Virus record (IMG/VR): IMGVR_UViG_3300025803_002419
Coordinates: 1-32,006 of that record
DNA length: 32,006 nt
Direction: 5' to 3' (one strand)
From: a virus
Lineage: Duplodnaviria; Caudoviricetes
In this document: piece by piece, positions 16,960 to 26,477 of the stretch
Layout of the letters: every line of letters begins with the position of its first letter
Numbering within the stretch: position 1 is the stretch's first letter
Position numbers and translations under genes: made by a program
The notes under the pieces: model-generated
Databases searched by the model: none
What the model saw: only the letters and a program-made list of their open reading frames with translations
What the model was told of the DNA's origin: nothing

Positions 16960-18273
16960 CTATGCGAACGCCTGACTCCACATGTCAGTAGCGGAGCCGG
17001 TCGAGTAGAGTCTCAGCGTATAATCCCAACCGCGGTCGCCGTCATTATCGGCCTCACTCGGGTCCATGATCACGCCCTGCGGACATGTGATCGTGTGCGG
17101 CGAATCGGCGAGCGTGAACGAGGTCGCGGTTCCGGTTCGCCACGTTTCGTCGACATCATAGTCGGCGCCGTTCTGCGCGTCGCATGAGATCGACAGGGTC
17201 GGAGCCGTCGCGCCTGAAACGCGCGGAATTGCGTAGCCCGTGTTCGTGCCCGCCGAATCCCCGCCGACCTTCTTTTGGCTCATCGAGTACCCATACTGAA
17301 GCGCGAACTTCGAGATGTTCAGGACGTGCTCACCGTCGACCTGGTGCGTCACCGTCGCGCCCATGAACACCGTCGGAACCTCGGAGTCGTTCGCGTAGGT
17401 TGGATAGGTCGAGTAGTTTTTGTTCGGCGTCGGTGTCGTGTTCGTCGCGCCGCCGCCGCTCGGGACTGTGATCGTGATCGTCATCGGGCGCCCTGCTTCC
17501 TGGCTCGTGATCGTCACGGTGTCGGTAGAAACAGACTCGTCGAAGAACGTATATCCCGACGCGATTCGTGCGGACTGGATCGCGGCTTCGAGCGCTGTCG
17601 CTGTCGCGCTACTGCTCCCGCCCGCCGTATAGGTGCCCGACACGATTCGCCCTGAATCGTCTTTAATCGAGAACGAGCCCGCGCCGCTGCCCGGTGTCGT
17701 GACCTGGTGCGTCGAGATCTGCGCAACGTCATCCGTCGCGGCACTCGCCGAGTTTACGGGCTGACCGCGAATCTCGAAAGTGTCGATGATGATTCCGCCC
17801 GCCTCGGCCTCGGTCGACACTGGGATCGCGAAGCAGTTGATCGCGGCTTTCCGCTTTCCGTCGCGCTCGTAATAAGCGATCGTCGCGTAATTCCCGAACA
17901 ACCCCTGAAGCCTGCCGCCCGTCGGAGTGACCGCAACCGTCGAGCCCGAGTCGTCGACCACGATCGGCGGGCACATCTGCCAAAGCGCGTTTTGCTGCCA
18001 CGTCGCAGCGTCGCCCGAGGTCACGCTCGAGCGTCGTTCGACCTTGACGGTGCACATTCGCGTGACTGGTCCCGCGAGCGGCTTCAGTCCTCCGTCGTGC
18101 GCTTCGTCGTGACCGTCGCGAACGATCGATCCACCCTCGCGAGCCCAAGTGCATTCGATGATTCGAATCGCGTCGGTCGTGATCGTCGGCGCGGTGTAGC
18201 TGGTGACAACTGCGTTATTCGCTTGCAGATACGCATAAAACGTCCCGCGCTTGTCGGTGATTGCTGTGCCCAT
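16960..18273 (-). CDS. Major tail tube protein with a probable inserted domain
   Basis: Position before the chaperones; Thr/Ser/Gly-rich; C-terminal ITCPQGVI..PSEADNDG..WDYTL tube-like pattern. Confidence 0.72.
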   Translation of the reverse strand: MGTAITDKRGTFYAYLQANNAVVTSYTAPTITTDAIRIIECTWAREGGSIVRDGHDEAHDGGLKPLAGPVTRMCTVKVERRSSVTSGDAATWQQNALWQMCPPIVVDDSGSTVAVTPTGGRLQGLFGNYATIAYYERDGKRKAAINCFAIPVSTEAEAGGIIIDTFEIRGQPVNSASAATDDVAQISTHQVTTPGSGAGSFSIKDDSGRIVSGTYTAGGSSSATATALEAAIQSARIASGYTFFDESVSTDTVTITSQEAGRPMTITITVPSGGGATNTTPTPNKNYSTYPTYANDSEVPTVFMGATVTHQVDGEHVLNISKFALQYGYSMSQKKVGGDSAGTNTGYAIPRVSGATAPTLSISCDAQNGADYDVDETWRTGTATSFTLADSPHTITCPQGVIMDPSEADNDGDRGWDYTLRLYSTGSATDMWSQAFA

Positions 18274-18282
18274 TTGTTCTCT

Positions 18283-18807
18283 CTAGCTGATGTTGATTCG
18301 GTACGGATTTTGATGAAGCACGCCGCGAACATTTGCCGCGAGCGCCCAAACGCCGCCGCGCGTAAGCTGAAACGGCGGCGAGTATTCGATTCCCTCGGGC
18401 TCGTATCTAATGACGCCCGCCGTCGAGGAGCCGCTCGCTTCTCTGACATATGAATGAAGCACGAGCTCGACAGCCTCGGCGAGCACATAGAGCGACTCGG
18501 CGAACTTTTCATGCTGCGACATAGCGCCCGCGGTTTGCGCTGTGATCGCGAGCATTGTGACCATCGAAAGGCGACGCTTCGCGGCGTCGTGCCTGGTGAC
18601 AGTCTTCGAGCCCGTCAGCACCAGCACGCAATCCGTGCCGACGCGCTGCTCGGGCAGACTTTCGATTCTCCGATACCGATCGGGCACCTTTACCGCGAGC
18701 CCGGTGTCAGTGTTTCGCGTGTCGAGCTCGTCGGGAAGATACGACGACAGCACGCTTTGCACGTAGTCGAGAACCTCGGGCGCTCCGTTGGTGGTCGGTA
18801 TTGCCAT
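18283..18807 (-). CDS. Putative tail terminator/completion protein
   Basis: Start reassigned to MAIPTTNG (ATG 18805-18807) after a GAGGG RBS; precedes the tail tube. Confidence 0.6.
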   Translation of the reverse strand: MAIPTTNGAPEVLDYVQSVLSSYLPDELDTRNTDTGLAVKVPDRYRRIESLPEQRVGTDCVLVLTGSKTVTRHDAAKRRLSMVTMLAITAQTAGAMSQHEKFAESLYVLAEAVELVLHSYVREASGSSTAGVIRYEPEGIEYSPPFQLTRGGVWALAANVRGVLHQNPYRINIS

Positions 18808-18809
18808 CG

Positions 18810-19415
18810 TCAATCCCTCGTCGGAAAGCCGCGACGCCCTGTCACCTCGAGAAGCACCTCCGACGAGGTCAGCCCGACGGTCGTTCGGCCGACCGTTTCT
18901 GCGACGAGTCCCGCGTAGTCGCTCGCCGCTTGCTGAATGTCCATCGTAAATTCGCGATCGGTCAGTGTCAGCTCGCGTTTCGGAATCGACTTCGAGCCGC
19001 CCCATTTCGGCCCGACGCCGCTGCCGGTTTCATGGTTCACGGCATAAGGAACCGACGTGCCGAACGTGGCTCGACGCGGCTCGATTTCTGCGACGTTTTC
19101 CGGGTGCGTCGCTTGCGTCATCGATGGATAAATCCGCTCGCGACCGCCGAATCGATCCCACCTAAGCAAATCCGCCGACGACATCTGCCAGCCGAGGATT
19201 TTGCCCTTCACGGTTTGATATTGCAGCCCGTCAGCCTCGACTCCGGGCCAACGACCGAAACCGGCAGAGCCGAACATTCGTCGAGCGTTCGCCAGGTAAG
19301 CAGGATGCACCGCTTCGAAAAGCGGCGACAGGTCGTCAACGGCGGAAATCGCGACGGCGATTGCCTCGGAGACTTCGCCCCCGTCGACCTTTAGCGTCAG
19401 GAATCCGGTCGTCAT
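18810..19415 (-). CDS. Phage virion morphogenesis protein (Mu gpG/P2 S-like)
   Basis: DLSPLFEAV, FGTSVPYAVNHETG and IPKREL motifs. Confidence 0.8.
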   Translation of the reverse strand: MTTGFLTLKVDGGEVSEAIAVAISAVDDLSPLFEAVHPAYLANARRMFGSAGFGRWPGVEADGLQYQTVKGKILGWQMSSADLLRWDRFGGRERIYPSMTQATHPENVAEIEPRRATFGTSVPYAVNHETGSGVGPKWGGSKSIPKRELTLTDREFTMDIQQAASDYAGLVAETVGRTTVGLTSSEVLLEVTGRRGFPTRD

Positions 19416-19897
19416 GGTCGCTTGCCCTTGTTGAGCCAGCGCGAAAGCCGATCTTCCTGCGACATTCTGGTCGCTCGGTTATTTCGTCGAGCGGTCGACG
19501 CTGACGTTTGCACCTTGCCCGCCGTCGACGACGCCTGCTCGCCCATTTCTCGAATGCGCTTGCGGAGCTCGTCTTTCATTCGGTCAGCCTGATCGAGATG
19601 ATGTCGAGCCATTGCTCGACCATCCTCGTCGGGCCTTGTCGCTTCGTACAAGTAAGCCTTTCCCAAATGCTCGCAGATGAGCGCCGCAACCTGATAGGTT
19701 TCCGAATCGGCGTCGGTCAGCCCGTCAGGGTCGATATTGAGCGACCGCACGAACGCATTCGCCCGACCGACCCTGCGCTTGTAAGCCGCTTGACCGTTCG
19801 TCAGGGTCGGAACCGAGCTCGAGTCGAGCGTGATTCCAAACCCCTCAGATGCTAGCGCGGAAAGCGTCGTGCCGAAATAGTTCAACTCTAACGACAC
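19412..19897 (-). CDS. Putative head-tail connector/adaptor
   Basis: Position and size; helical; overlaps the next gene. Confidence 0.55.
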   Translation of the reverse strand: MSLELNYFGTTLSALASEGFGITLDSSSVPTLTNGQAAYKRRVGRANAFVRSLNIDPDGLTDADSETYQVAALICEHLGKAYLYEATRPDEDGRAMARHHLDQADRMKDELRKRIREMGEQASSTAGKVQTSASTARRNNRATRMSQEDRLSRWLNKGKRP

Positions 19898-19900
19898 GAA

Positions 19901-20137
19901 TCACCCCTTCGTCGCTGGTTTTCTTTTCTTCGGAGATGCTTTGACGCGCTTCGCGCTGGTGGTCGACGACGTCTCGCGACGCTCCTCGACAATCCAGCCG
20001 CGACGAATTTCTCGCGTATCCTCGAGGAGCCGCTCGCCCCATGATGACGACTCGCCCTGCGGCACGCGCTCGCCTCGAATCGTAATTGTGCACGGCCCAG
20101 ACGGATAGTCGTTTCGGTATCGATACTCGGTCGACAT
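19901..20137 (-). CDS. Small hypothetical protein with a basic C-terminus
   Basis: Coupled to the upstream stop; lies in the head-completion region. Confidence 0.6.
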   Translation of the reverse strand: MSTEYRYRNDYPSGPCTITIRGERVPQGESSSWGERLLEDTREIRRGWIVEERRETSSTTSAKRVKASPKKRKPATKG

Positions 20138-20622
20138 CAGACCGCCTCGGGCGGAAGTCCAAATTCAGGATCCATCTTGTCGATATCGTCGATCGACGAA
20201 AAAACCTGATCGTCGACCTGAGCCTCGACGGGCGCGCTCGCTTCAAGATCCGTGAAAAGCCGATCACGCAAAGCGCCGACAGACCCCGAGCTACTGAGCC
20301 CGCCGATCCGACAAAGCGCCGCGAGTGCGCCCTTCGAAAATGCCTCGAATCCGTCAGCAATCGCGGCGAGCTCGGCCACCGTGACTCGAGCCCATGCCGG
20401 ACCCGAAGCCACGTCGACCGCCTCGTCGACCGACACGTCGCTCGCTGGTGGCACATAGTCCGACAGCGAAACGAAGTGCTCGCCCAGACGATCAGCCGCG
20501 CGAGCGTCGAGATCGTCTGGGCCAAATGCGACCCGATCGCCAGGGTGCACCATGTAGCGCACACCGTCGACGACGCAGCCACAAGCGCACGGCCCGGTGT
20601 AGATGTGAGTCGCTTCCGGCAT
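20137..20622 (-). CDS. Hypothetical protein with a SAP/HeH-like motif
   Basis: FSKGALAALCRIGGLSSSGSVGALRDRL; directly after the capsid gene. Confidence 0.65.
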   Translation of the reverse strand: MPEATHIYTGPCACGCVVDGVRYMVHPGDRVAFGPDDLDARAADRLGEHFVSLSDYVPPASDVSVDEAVDVASGPAWARVTVAELAAIADGFEAFSKGALAALCRIGGLSSSGSVGALRDRLFTDLEASAPVEAQVDDQVFSSIDDIDKMDPEFGLPPEAV

Positions 20623-21608
20623 TAGCTGACGCCGTCGAGCAGGTAAGCGAATCGACCACCGTCGTCGGGACGAATCACGCCGTAGCCCATTTCGATATAG
20701 ACCCCGAGTGAATTCGGGAATTTTTCGGGAGTGTACTGCACAACGCGACCGAGTGCGCCCTCTTCGCCGAATGTCGGCGTGCGAATAAATCCGCCAATGA
20801 GGTCGTCCTTCGAAACCAGGACGAGCGAGATGTCCTGGTTCATGTGCTCCGACGTCGTGCCTGCTGCGTTCTGCGTTCGACCGCCGAACGGAATGCCCTC
20901 AATCGGCAGCTCGAAAGCGTTCGCCCAGAAATTCTCGACCGTGCCGCGCGGGCTGAATCCTGTCTTCAGAAGCGCGTTGTCCGAGATCGCCGAGAAGTCG
21001 CGAACCTGGTTCAGTAGCGTGAGCTCGCGAGCGACGCTGCGAGGATACACGGCGCAGATCTTGTAGTCCTCGATGTCGATTCCGAGTGATTCAAGCTGTG
21101 CGAGTCCTGCGTTGACGTCAGAAATCAGATCCGAGGTGACTGTCGTAACGGGCGCGGGCGAGCCGTTGACGTTCGCGGCGAGGTAGTTCGCCGAGTTGCT
21201 GAGATACTGACCGATCGTGCGCGAGTGATGCTTTGCGGACTGTCGCGCGATCTTCTTCGTGTACTCCTCGACGATGTCGATTCCCTTGGCTTCGAACTTG
21301 GCGATCTCCCGCTCGTGGAACGTCATGTCCGCGAATCGATAGATGTCGACGGTTCCGGTCGCCGTTGCGAGCTTTAGCCCGCCGCGGCTCGGCGCACCCT
21401 TCCAGCCCTTTTTGATGAATGCGTCCTGCGGGCCAGCGGTGTAGGGAAGGGAATTCTCATCCCAGTGATGCCACTCGACCTGATCGGAATCGACCGGAAG
21501 TGGCGGCGCGACATCGAGCCCGCGAGCGGATTTGATGCCTTGACGTTCTGCGAACAGCCCAACGAGGTCTTCGCGGGCGAGTGCATTTGAGCTGATATTA
21601 TCGGCCAT
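20622..21608 (-). CDS. Major capsid protein
   Basis: 328 aa; follows protease and decoration genes; DVAPPLPVDS N-terminal and FAYLLDGVS C-terminal patterns of phage capsid proteins. Confidence 0.8.
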   Translation of the reverse strand: MADNISSNALAREDLVGLFAERQGIKSARGLDVAPPLPVDSDQVEWHHWDENSLPYTAGPQDAFIKKGWKGAPSRGGLKLATATGTVDIYRFADMTFHEREIAKFEAKGIDIVEEYTKKIARQSAKHHSRTIGQYLSNSANYLAANVNGSPAPVTTVTSDLISDVNAGLAQLESLGIDIEDYKICAVYPRSVARELTLLNQVRDFSAISDNALLKTGFSPRGTVENFWANAFELPIEGIPFGGRTQNAAGTTSEHMNQDISLVLVSKDDLIGGFIRTPTFGEEGALGRVVQYTPEKFPNSLGVYIEMGYGVIRPDDGGRFAYLLDGVS

Positions 21609-21641
21609 GGTTCTGTTCAGTGTTTGAGGTCGTGGGATTGA

Positions 21642-22448
21642 CTAAGCCTTGCAAGCGAGGCAGGCGATGGAAACAGGCGACACCGTGACGATCGAGAAGA
21701 CCAGAATCGCGGTTTCGTTCTGGGCCAGAACAGCGTCGGCGCCCGAAGTGACGAGCGTGACATCGGTGCCCGTCGCAATCGTCAAATTCTCGGAAGCGTC
21801 CGAAACGTTCGTCAGGCTGACTCGCATTTGCTCGCCTGCCGCATAATTGCGCGCCTGCATTGCGGCGAGGAGCAGAGTACCCGTCGGAAGCGTGTCAGTT
21901 TTGGGACCTCCAGAGCAATCGCGAGCAATTGCGCCCGAGCAGATCTCGTCAGCGGTCAGCGTCTTACTGCTGCCCGTGATCGCAGTCGGAGTCGAAGTCC
22001 ACATCGACGTAGCCTGGAAAGCGGCGCCCATGTCGAGGATGAATAGACCATCTTCGGCCACCGTGCTCATCGCCTTGCCCCAGACGAACATGCCAGGGTG
22101 CAGTTCGGAAGCCGAAATGAATCGGCCTCGGTCGGTTCCGCTCGCGGCATACTCGGTCACGATGTAATCGCCCTGAGTCACGCCGCCCGTTCCTGCTTTC
22201 GCTTCGATATATCCGCGCTGAGTCACATAGGCGAGCTCGAGCTTTTCGGTCGTTTCGGCGCCCTGCACGATGACGGCGATTGCCTCGTCGGAGCCGAGAA
22301 GCTGCGTCACCGACTGCGAGGTCAGCGACGCCGCTTGCCATGCGGTTCCGTCGAAATATACGCCGCACCCTTCATAGGCGGAAAGATCCTCGCCCGGTGT
22401 CGTGTCGAAAAGTCCTGCGTCGGTGCACCCGATTCCATATTCGTTCAT
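21642..22448 (-). CDS. Capsid decoration/cement protein (DUF2190-like N-terminus plus extra domain)
   Basis: EAKAGTGGVTQGDYI..GRFI..WGKAMSTVAEDG pattern; lies between scaffold and capsid. Confidence 0.65.
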   Translation of the reverse strand: MNEYGIGCTDAGLFDTTPGEDLSAYEGCGVYFDGTAWQAASLTSQSVTQLLGSDEAIAVIVQGAETTEKLELAYVTQRGYIEAKAGTGGVTQGDYIVTEYAASGTDRGRFISASELHPGMFVWGKAMSTVAEDGLFILDMGAAFQATSMWTSTPTAITGSSKTLTADEICSGAIARDCSGGPKTDTLPTGTLLLAAMQARNYAAGEQMRVSLTNVSDASENLTIATGTDVTLVTSGADAVLAQNETAILVFSIVTVSPVSIACLACKA

Positions 22449-22476
22449 GATTTACCTTTTGCTGATTGTTGGTGTG

Positions 22477-23790
22477 TTAGCGGCGAGACGCGGCGAGCTT
22501 CAGCGCTGCCGATGCCTCGGAAAACGAGCAGTTGTGCTCGGCTCGATGCTTTTGAATGGCGATCTTGTTCGCGGCGACTTCCTCGGGCGTGCGAGGCATT
22601 GCCGAAAACGACGGCTGATCTGATGCGCGTTGCGGAACTCGTGCCGCTCGACCGCCCCCGTCGCGCTGGTCGCGGGAAAGTCGCGCCCAGAGCTGCTCGA
22701 AGGTTTCGACGTCGTCCTCGAATTGCGAGCAGAGGAGCTCAAAAGCTTTTGCGTTTTCGGTCGCTGAGAAGTCGACGCGAACGCGATCTTCGCGGGCGCG
22801 GTCGAGAAGTGTGATCCGCGTTTTCTCGCGCTTTCGCTCGGCTCGCAGGTTTGCAAAATCGGCTCGGAGTGCCTGATTGTCAGCCTGCACGACAGCGAGC
22901 TCGGCCATCGCCTCGACCGCCTCGACCGCCTCGGCTTCCGCTGGTGGCATGAGAACCGCCTTCATCGCTGCGACCTGGTCGTCGGTCGCTGCGACCGTGC
23001 CCGCGAGGATTGCCTCGACGGCTCCAACCTCGATGCCTGCCGCGGTCGCCAGTCGTGCCAATACTTCCGATCGGCTGCCCTCGGCGTCGTCGACGTATTG
23101 GTTCAGCTCGGCCACATCAGGCGACGGCTCGTCTGCCATCATGAGCGGCTTCAGTCGTTTCGCGAGCTCCGCAAGTTGTTCGTCGTTCATCATCATGTAT
23201 TCAGAGTAGTTTGTGACGCCTTTTTCGGCGAGTTGAAGGTGTTCGGTTTCCTCGATCGGTCGAAGGTGCTTCAAGTACGGTTGCCCGGTCCCGCTCATTT
23301 CTCGCAGGAACGCCGACCACATAATGATCGGCGAATTCGTGTCGGGATTCAGCCGCTCGTCGGCTCGAATCACGTTCAGACCGAGCGACGAAAACCGAAG
23401 CTGGCCTTTAGCTTTGAGCTCGCGACCGTAAGCGTTCAGCTCGACGCCGAACATTATAGCCTCGGGCTCGGAGATGCTGACGCCCTGCGCTGCTAGATCT
23501 GATTGACTGACCCGTCGAACCTGTCGCACAGCGCCCGCGATTGACGTTCTGCGCCCGCGATTGTGTCCCGCGAGATCCTCGTCGACCTGATAGTTCGGGT
23601 GATGCTGCGCTTCGTTGATTTGCGCCGACAGCCCGTCGAAAACCTCGCCGAACACGAGCTCGTCGTCGAACGGAAACGGCTTTCCGTTGTAGTCGATTCT
23701 GGCTCGCGATAGCCCGTGAATCCAGAGCAGCCCGCTCGAATCCTCACGAGGAGAACCAGCGAGATCGATCGTTATTTCGTTGACACTCAT
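22477..23790 (-). CDS. Prohead protease/scaffold (Mu gpI-like)
   Basis: VELNAYGRELKAKGQLRFSS and LREMSGTGQPYL resemble the Mu-type protease; acidic Ala-rich coiled C-terminal half. Confidence 0.72.
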   Translation of the reverse strand: MSVNEITIDLAGSPREDSSGLLWIHGLSRARIDYNGKPFPFDDELVFGEVFDGLSAQINEAQHHPNYQVDEDLAGHNRGRRTSIAGAVRQVRRVSQSDLAAQGVSISEPEAIMFGVELNAYGRELKAKGQLRFSSLGLNVIRADERLNPDTNSPIIMWSAFLREMSGTGQPYLKHLRPIEETEHLQLAEKGVTNYSEYMMMNDEQLAELAKRLKPLMMADEPSPDVAELNQYVDDAEGSRSEVLARLATAAGIEVGAVEAILAGTVAATDDQVAAMKAVLMPPAEAEAVEAVEAMAELAVVQADNQALRADFANLRAERKREKTRITLLDRAREDRVRVDFSATENAKAFELLCSQFEDDVETFEQLWARLSRDQRDGGGRAARVPQRASDQPSFSAMPRTPEEVAANKIAIQKHRAEHNCSFSEASAALKLAASRR

Positions 23791-26477
23791 TGGCGCAACG
23801 GTACGCGCTCGGCGTCATTCTGCAACTCGGCGGAACGCAGCGCTCGACCGATCTCCTCGAGCGATGAAAACTCGAGCGCGGTCGAAGGTGACGACATGTC
23901 GACGCGCTCGGCTCGCGCATAGCGTATCAAGTGACCACAGCGACAGTTCGTCATGCCGTCGCAGTCAGGGTCAGGCGTTGTCGCTTCCGGGTCGTCAATG
24001 AACCGCTGCACGTCCTCGGCGGTTCGCAGATCCCACGTCTTTCCGCTTTGCCCGGAGTCTCGTCGCTTGCACGTCCCACAACGGTTTTTGTCGTTCACGG
24101 AAGTGCGGAATGCCTCGACAGGAACCAGCCCGTCAGCCTCCGAACGAAGCGCGGCGTCGATGATTCGACCAACGCCCTCGCCACGATTCGCGACCTGATT
24201 TCCGTGCACTGATAGCCCCCTGCCGCCGATTCTCGACGACACCGTTTCCGGCGGCGCCTGCGCTTCGACCTGGTCGAGCACGTCGGCTTGAACGCGACGC
24301 GCTGCCGTTTCTCCCTGTCGCTCGATGCCCTGACGCATTGCCGCGATCTGAGCGGCAGCAAAGTCGCGCAACTCGCCCCGAGCTCGACTATCGGGAAGCG
24401 GCCCGCCGACAGTGCGACCCCGAGTGCGTTCACGAGCGCCCGCGGCTTCGGTCGACTGCTCGACCGCGAAAACGTGATCACGAATCGCGGCGGTATATTC
24501 GTCGGTGTACTGTAAGCGAATCACGTCGAGGAGCTGCCGACGCTGCGAGTCAGTCAGCCCGCCGATATCAGTCAGCGCGACCCGAAGATCTTCAACGTGT
24601 CGATCTCTAATCTCGGTCATTCGCGCTTGATATTGCGCGTCGAGCTCGACCCGTCGATCGTTATCGGTCGCCCATTCGACGACCCTTTCGACGTCAGCAA
24701 ACTCTCGAAAGAATTCAACGGGTCGATCGTCGGCGCCGACCTGCGTCGACACGACATCAGAAAACATTGCGTCGAATTTCTGCGAATCGACCCAGCGCCG
24801 ACCAGCGTCGCCGCCCCAGAGGAGCCATGCGATGTTCGCAGCACTCGTCGAGTCATCCCTTCGAGACTGCTCGTCGACGCCGTGACGCGCGAAGAACGAC
24901 CGCATTCGACCGATCGTTTTAAGCGACACGTTTCCGCCGCTTGCCAGGTCACGAGCCCGAGCCACTCCGATTTCGGTGCCGCCCCTTCCGTGCTCGCGTC
25001 GGAGCTCTAAACCCCTTTTAGCGTTGGCGCGGACGCCCTCGGGCGGCGAGAACGAATCGTCAGCCATTTCGAGCGACGCCTCGTCAGTCGGTGTCGGTGT
25101 CGGCTCGACGAGCTCCTCGTCGGCGATGGTCGTCGGCGACAAAGCGTCGACAGGCGAAAACGAGTCGACCTGGCGAGATGTCGCGTCGACCATCGCGTCG
25201 ACGGTTTCCTTCGACAGTCCCGCGCGCTCGCCTAGCTCCCGAGTCAGCTCGGGCACGACTGGCAAGATTCCAGCCGTCACGCCCGCCTGAATTGCTGCCG
25301 TCAGTTGCGCAGGGTCGACCGCGTCCTCGTCGCGCACGCATAGCGTCGGCACGCGAACGTCGGCAGGGTATCCGAGGTCGGCTGCGAGATCCTGATACAT
25401 GGTCGACACGCCCGCGCCGATCAGATTCAGCACTCGCCGCCATCGCTTCGAATCCTGAATTGACAGCGTGTCGCCGAGCGCACGCGAGCCGCTGCCCGAT
25501 GTCAGACCGAGCGACGCGACCCATGCGCCGATGACGTGGTCGACCTGCCCGTCAACATATTTCCAAATCTCGACTGGATTCGTTCCGCTCGCGGCGGGCG
25601 AATGGAAGTCGAGCTTCATTCCGTGCGGGATAAATCCCGAAAGCTGCTGACCTGCTTCGAGCTCGTCGAGCGCTTGCTCGATTTCGCCGATCGTCTGCTC
25701 GGCGGCGCCTGGTTCGGTTTCCTCGAGCGCGAACATTCCAGCGTCGAGCCGACCGCGTCGAGCCGTCGAAATCGCAAGCTGCCACGACAGCTCGACGATA
25801 AATCCGAGCGATCGCATGGGCGTCCAGCCCTCGTACTCGCCCGCGGCGCCCATTGGCGCGATATACACCAGGCGCTCGGCTGGTATTCGGTGCGTCCCGC
25901 CGTCGACCGATTGCTTGATGTACTCGAGCCCGAATCCGTTGCTTTCCTTGTAGTCCTGAATTGACGACGGATGAACGTGGAACAGCTCGAGCCGCATTCC
26001 GTCGCCGCTGGTCGCTGACTCGTCGGCCCACCAGCTACGCTCGAAAGGCGCGGCGCCGTATTTCAACATCGATGCGGCATTGCTTAAAAACTTCTGCCAG
26101 CCTCCTTGAAGCCCTGCGATCGATTGCGAAAGGTCGGTTCGCATTTCGTCGCGCAGAATCGCGTCGAGCTGCTTGCGAAACTTCGCCTCGATCGGTCGCT
26201 CGTCTTCACACGGTTTGTTTTCCCAAGGTGCGTCGATCACTCCGAGCTCGACGTCGAACCACGCCCGAGCGGCTCGCGGGTGTCGGTTGACGATCTCGTC
26301 GACGAATCCTGCTCTCCCGCCAGTGCCTCGCCACTTGTACGGGGCGAGCTCGCCCTCGCGGACCCGTGCACGACGCGCAGGTCGAGCGTATTTCGGAACG
26401 GGCGGGCGCGCGACTCGGATTCGCTCCATAGAACGGCGCATTGCCTCGCGACTTTTGTCAGCTATTTGATCTGCCAC
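23787..26477 (-). CDS. Portal protein (Mu gp29/DUF935-like) fused to a head-morphogenesis (gp30/F-like) region
   Basis: Follows TerL; YGAAPFERSW, IPAERLVY and GSGSRALG portal motifs; C-terminal CGTC...PDCDG..NCRC. Confidence 0.82.
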   Translation of the reverse strand: MADQIADKSREAMRRSMERIRVARPPVPKYARPARRARVREGELAPYKWRGTGGRAGFVDEIVNRHPRAARAWFDVELGVIDAPWENKPCEDERPIEAKFRKQLDAILRDEMRTDLSQSIAGLQGGWQKFLSNAASMLKYGAAPFERSWWADESATSGDGMRLELFHVHPSSIQDYKESNGFGLEYIKQSVDGGTHRIPAERLVYIAPMGAAGEYEGWTPMRSLGFIVELSWQLAISTARRGRLDAGMFALEETEPGAAEQTIGEIEQALDELEAGQQLSGFIPHGMKLDFHSPAASGTNPVEIWKYVDGQVDHVIGAWVASLGLTSGSGSRALGDTLSIQDSKRWRRVLNLIGAGVSTMYQDLAADLGYPADVRVPTLCVRDEDAVDPAQLTAAIQAGVTAGILPVVPELTRELGERAGLSKETVDAMVDATSRQVDSFSPVDALSPTTIADEELVEPTPTPTDEASLEMADDSFSPPEGVRANAKRGLELRREHGRGGTEIGVARARDLASGGNVSLKTIGRMRSFFARHGVDEQSRRDDSTSAANIAWLLWGGDAGRRWVDSQKFDAMFSDVVSTQVGADDRPVEFFREFADVERVVEWATDNDRRVELDAQYQARMTEIRDRHVEDLRVALTDIGGLTDSQRRQLLDVIRLQYTDEYTAAIRDHVFAVEQSTEAAGARERTRGRTVGGPLPDSRARGELRDFAAAQIAAMRQGIERQGETAARRVQADVLDQVEAQAPPETVSSRIGGRGLSVHGNQVANRGEGVGRIIDAALRSEADGLVPVEAFRTSVNDKNRCGTCKRRDSGQSGKTWDLRTAEDVQRFIDDPEATTPDPDCDGMTNCRCGHLIRYARAERVDMSSPSTALEFSSLEEIGRALRSAELQNDAERVPLRQ

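Noticed and set aside
18808-19005. N-terminal extension of ORF 18283-19005
   Set aside because: Overlaps the morphogenesis gene; a better RBS and ATG exist at 18807
22909-22937. 9-bp tandem repeat GCCTCGACC
   Set aside because: Explained by low-complexity EAV repeats in the scaffold region
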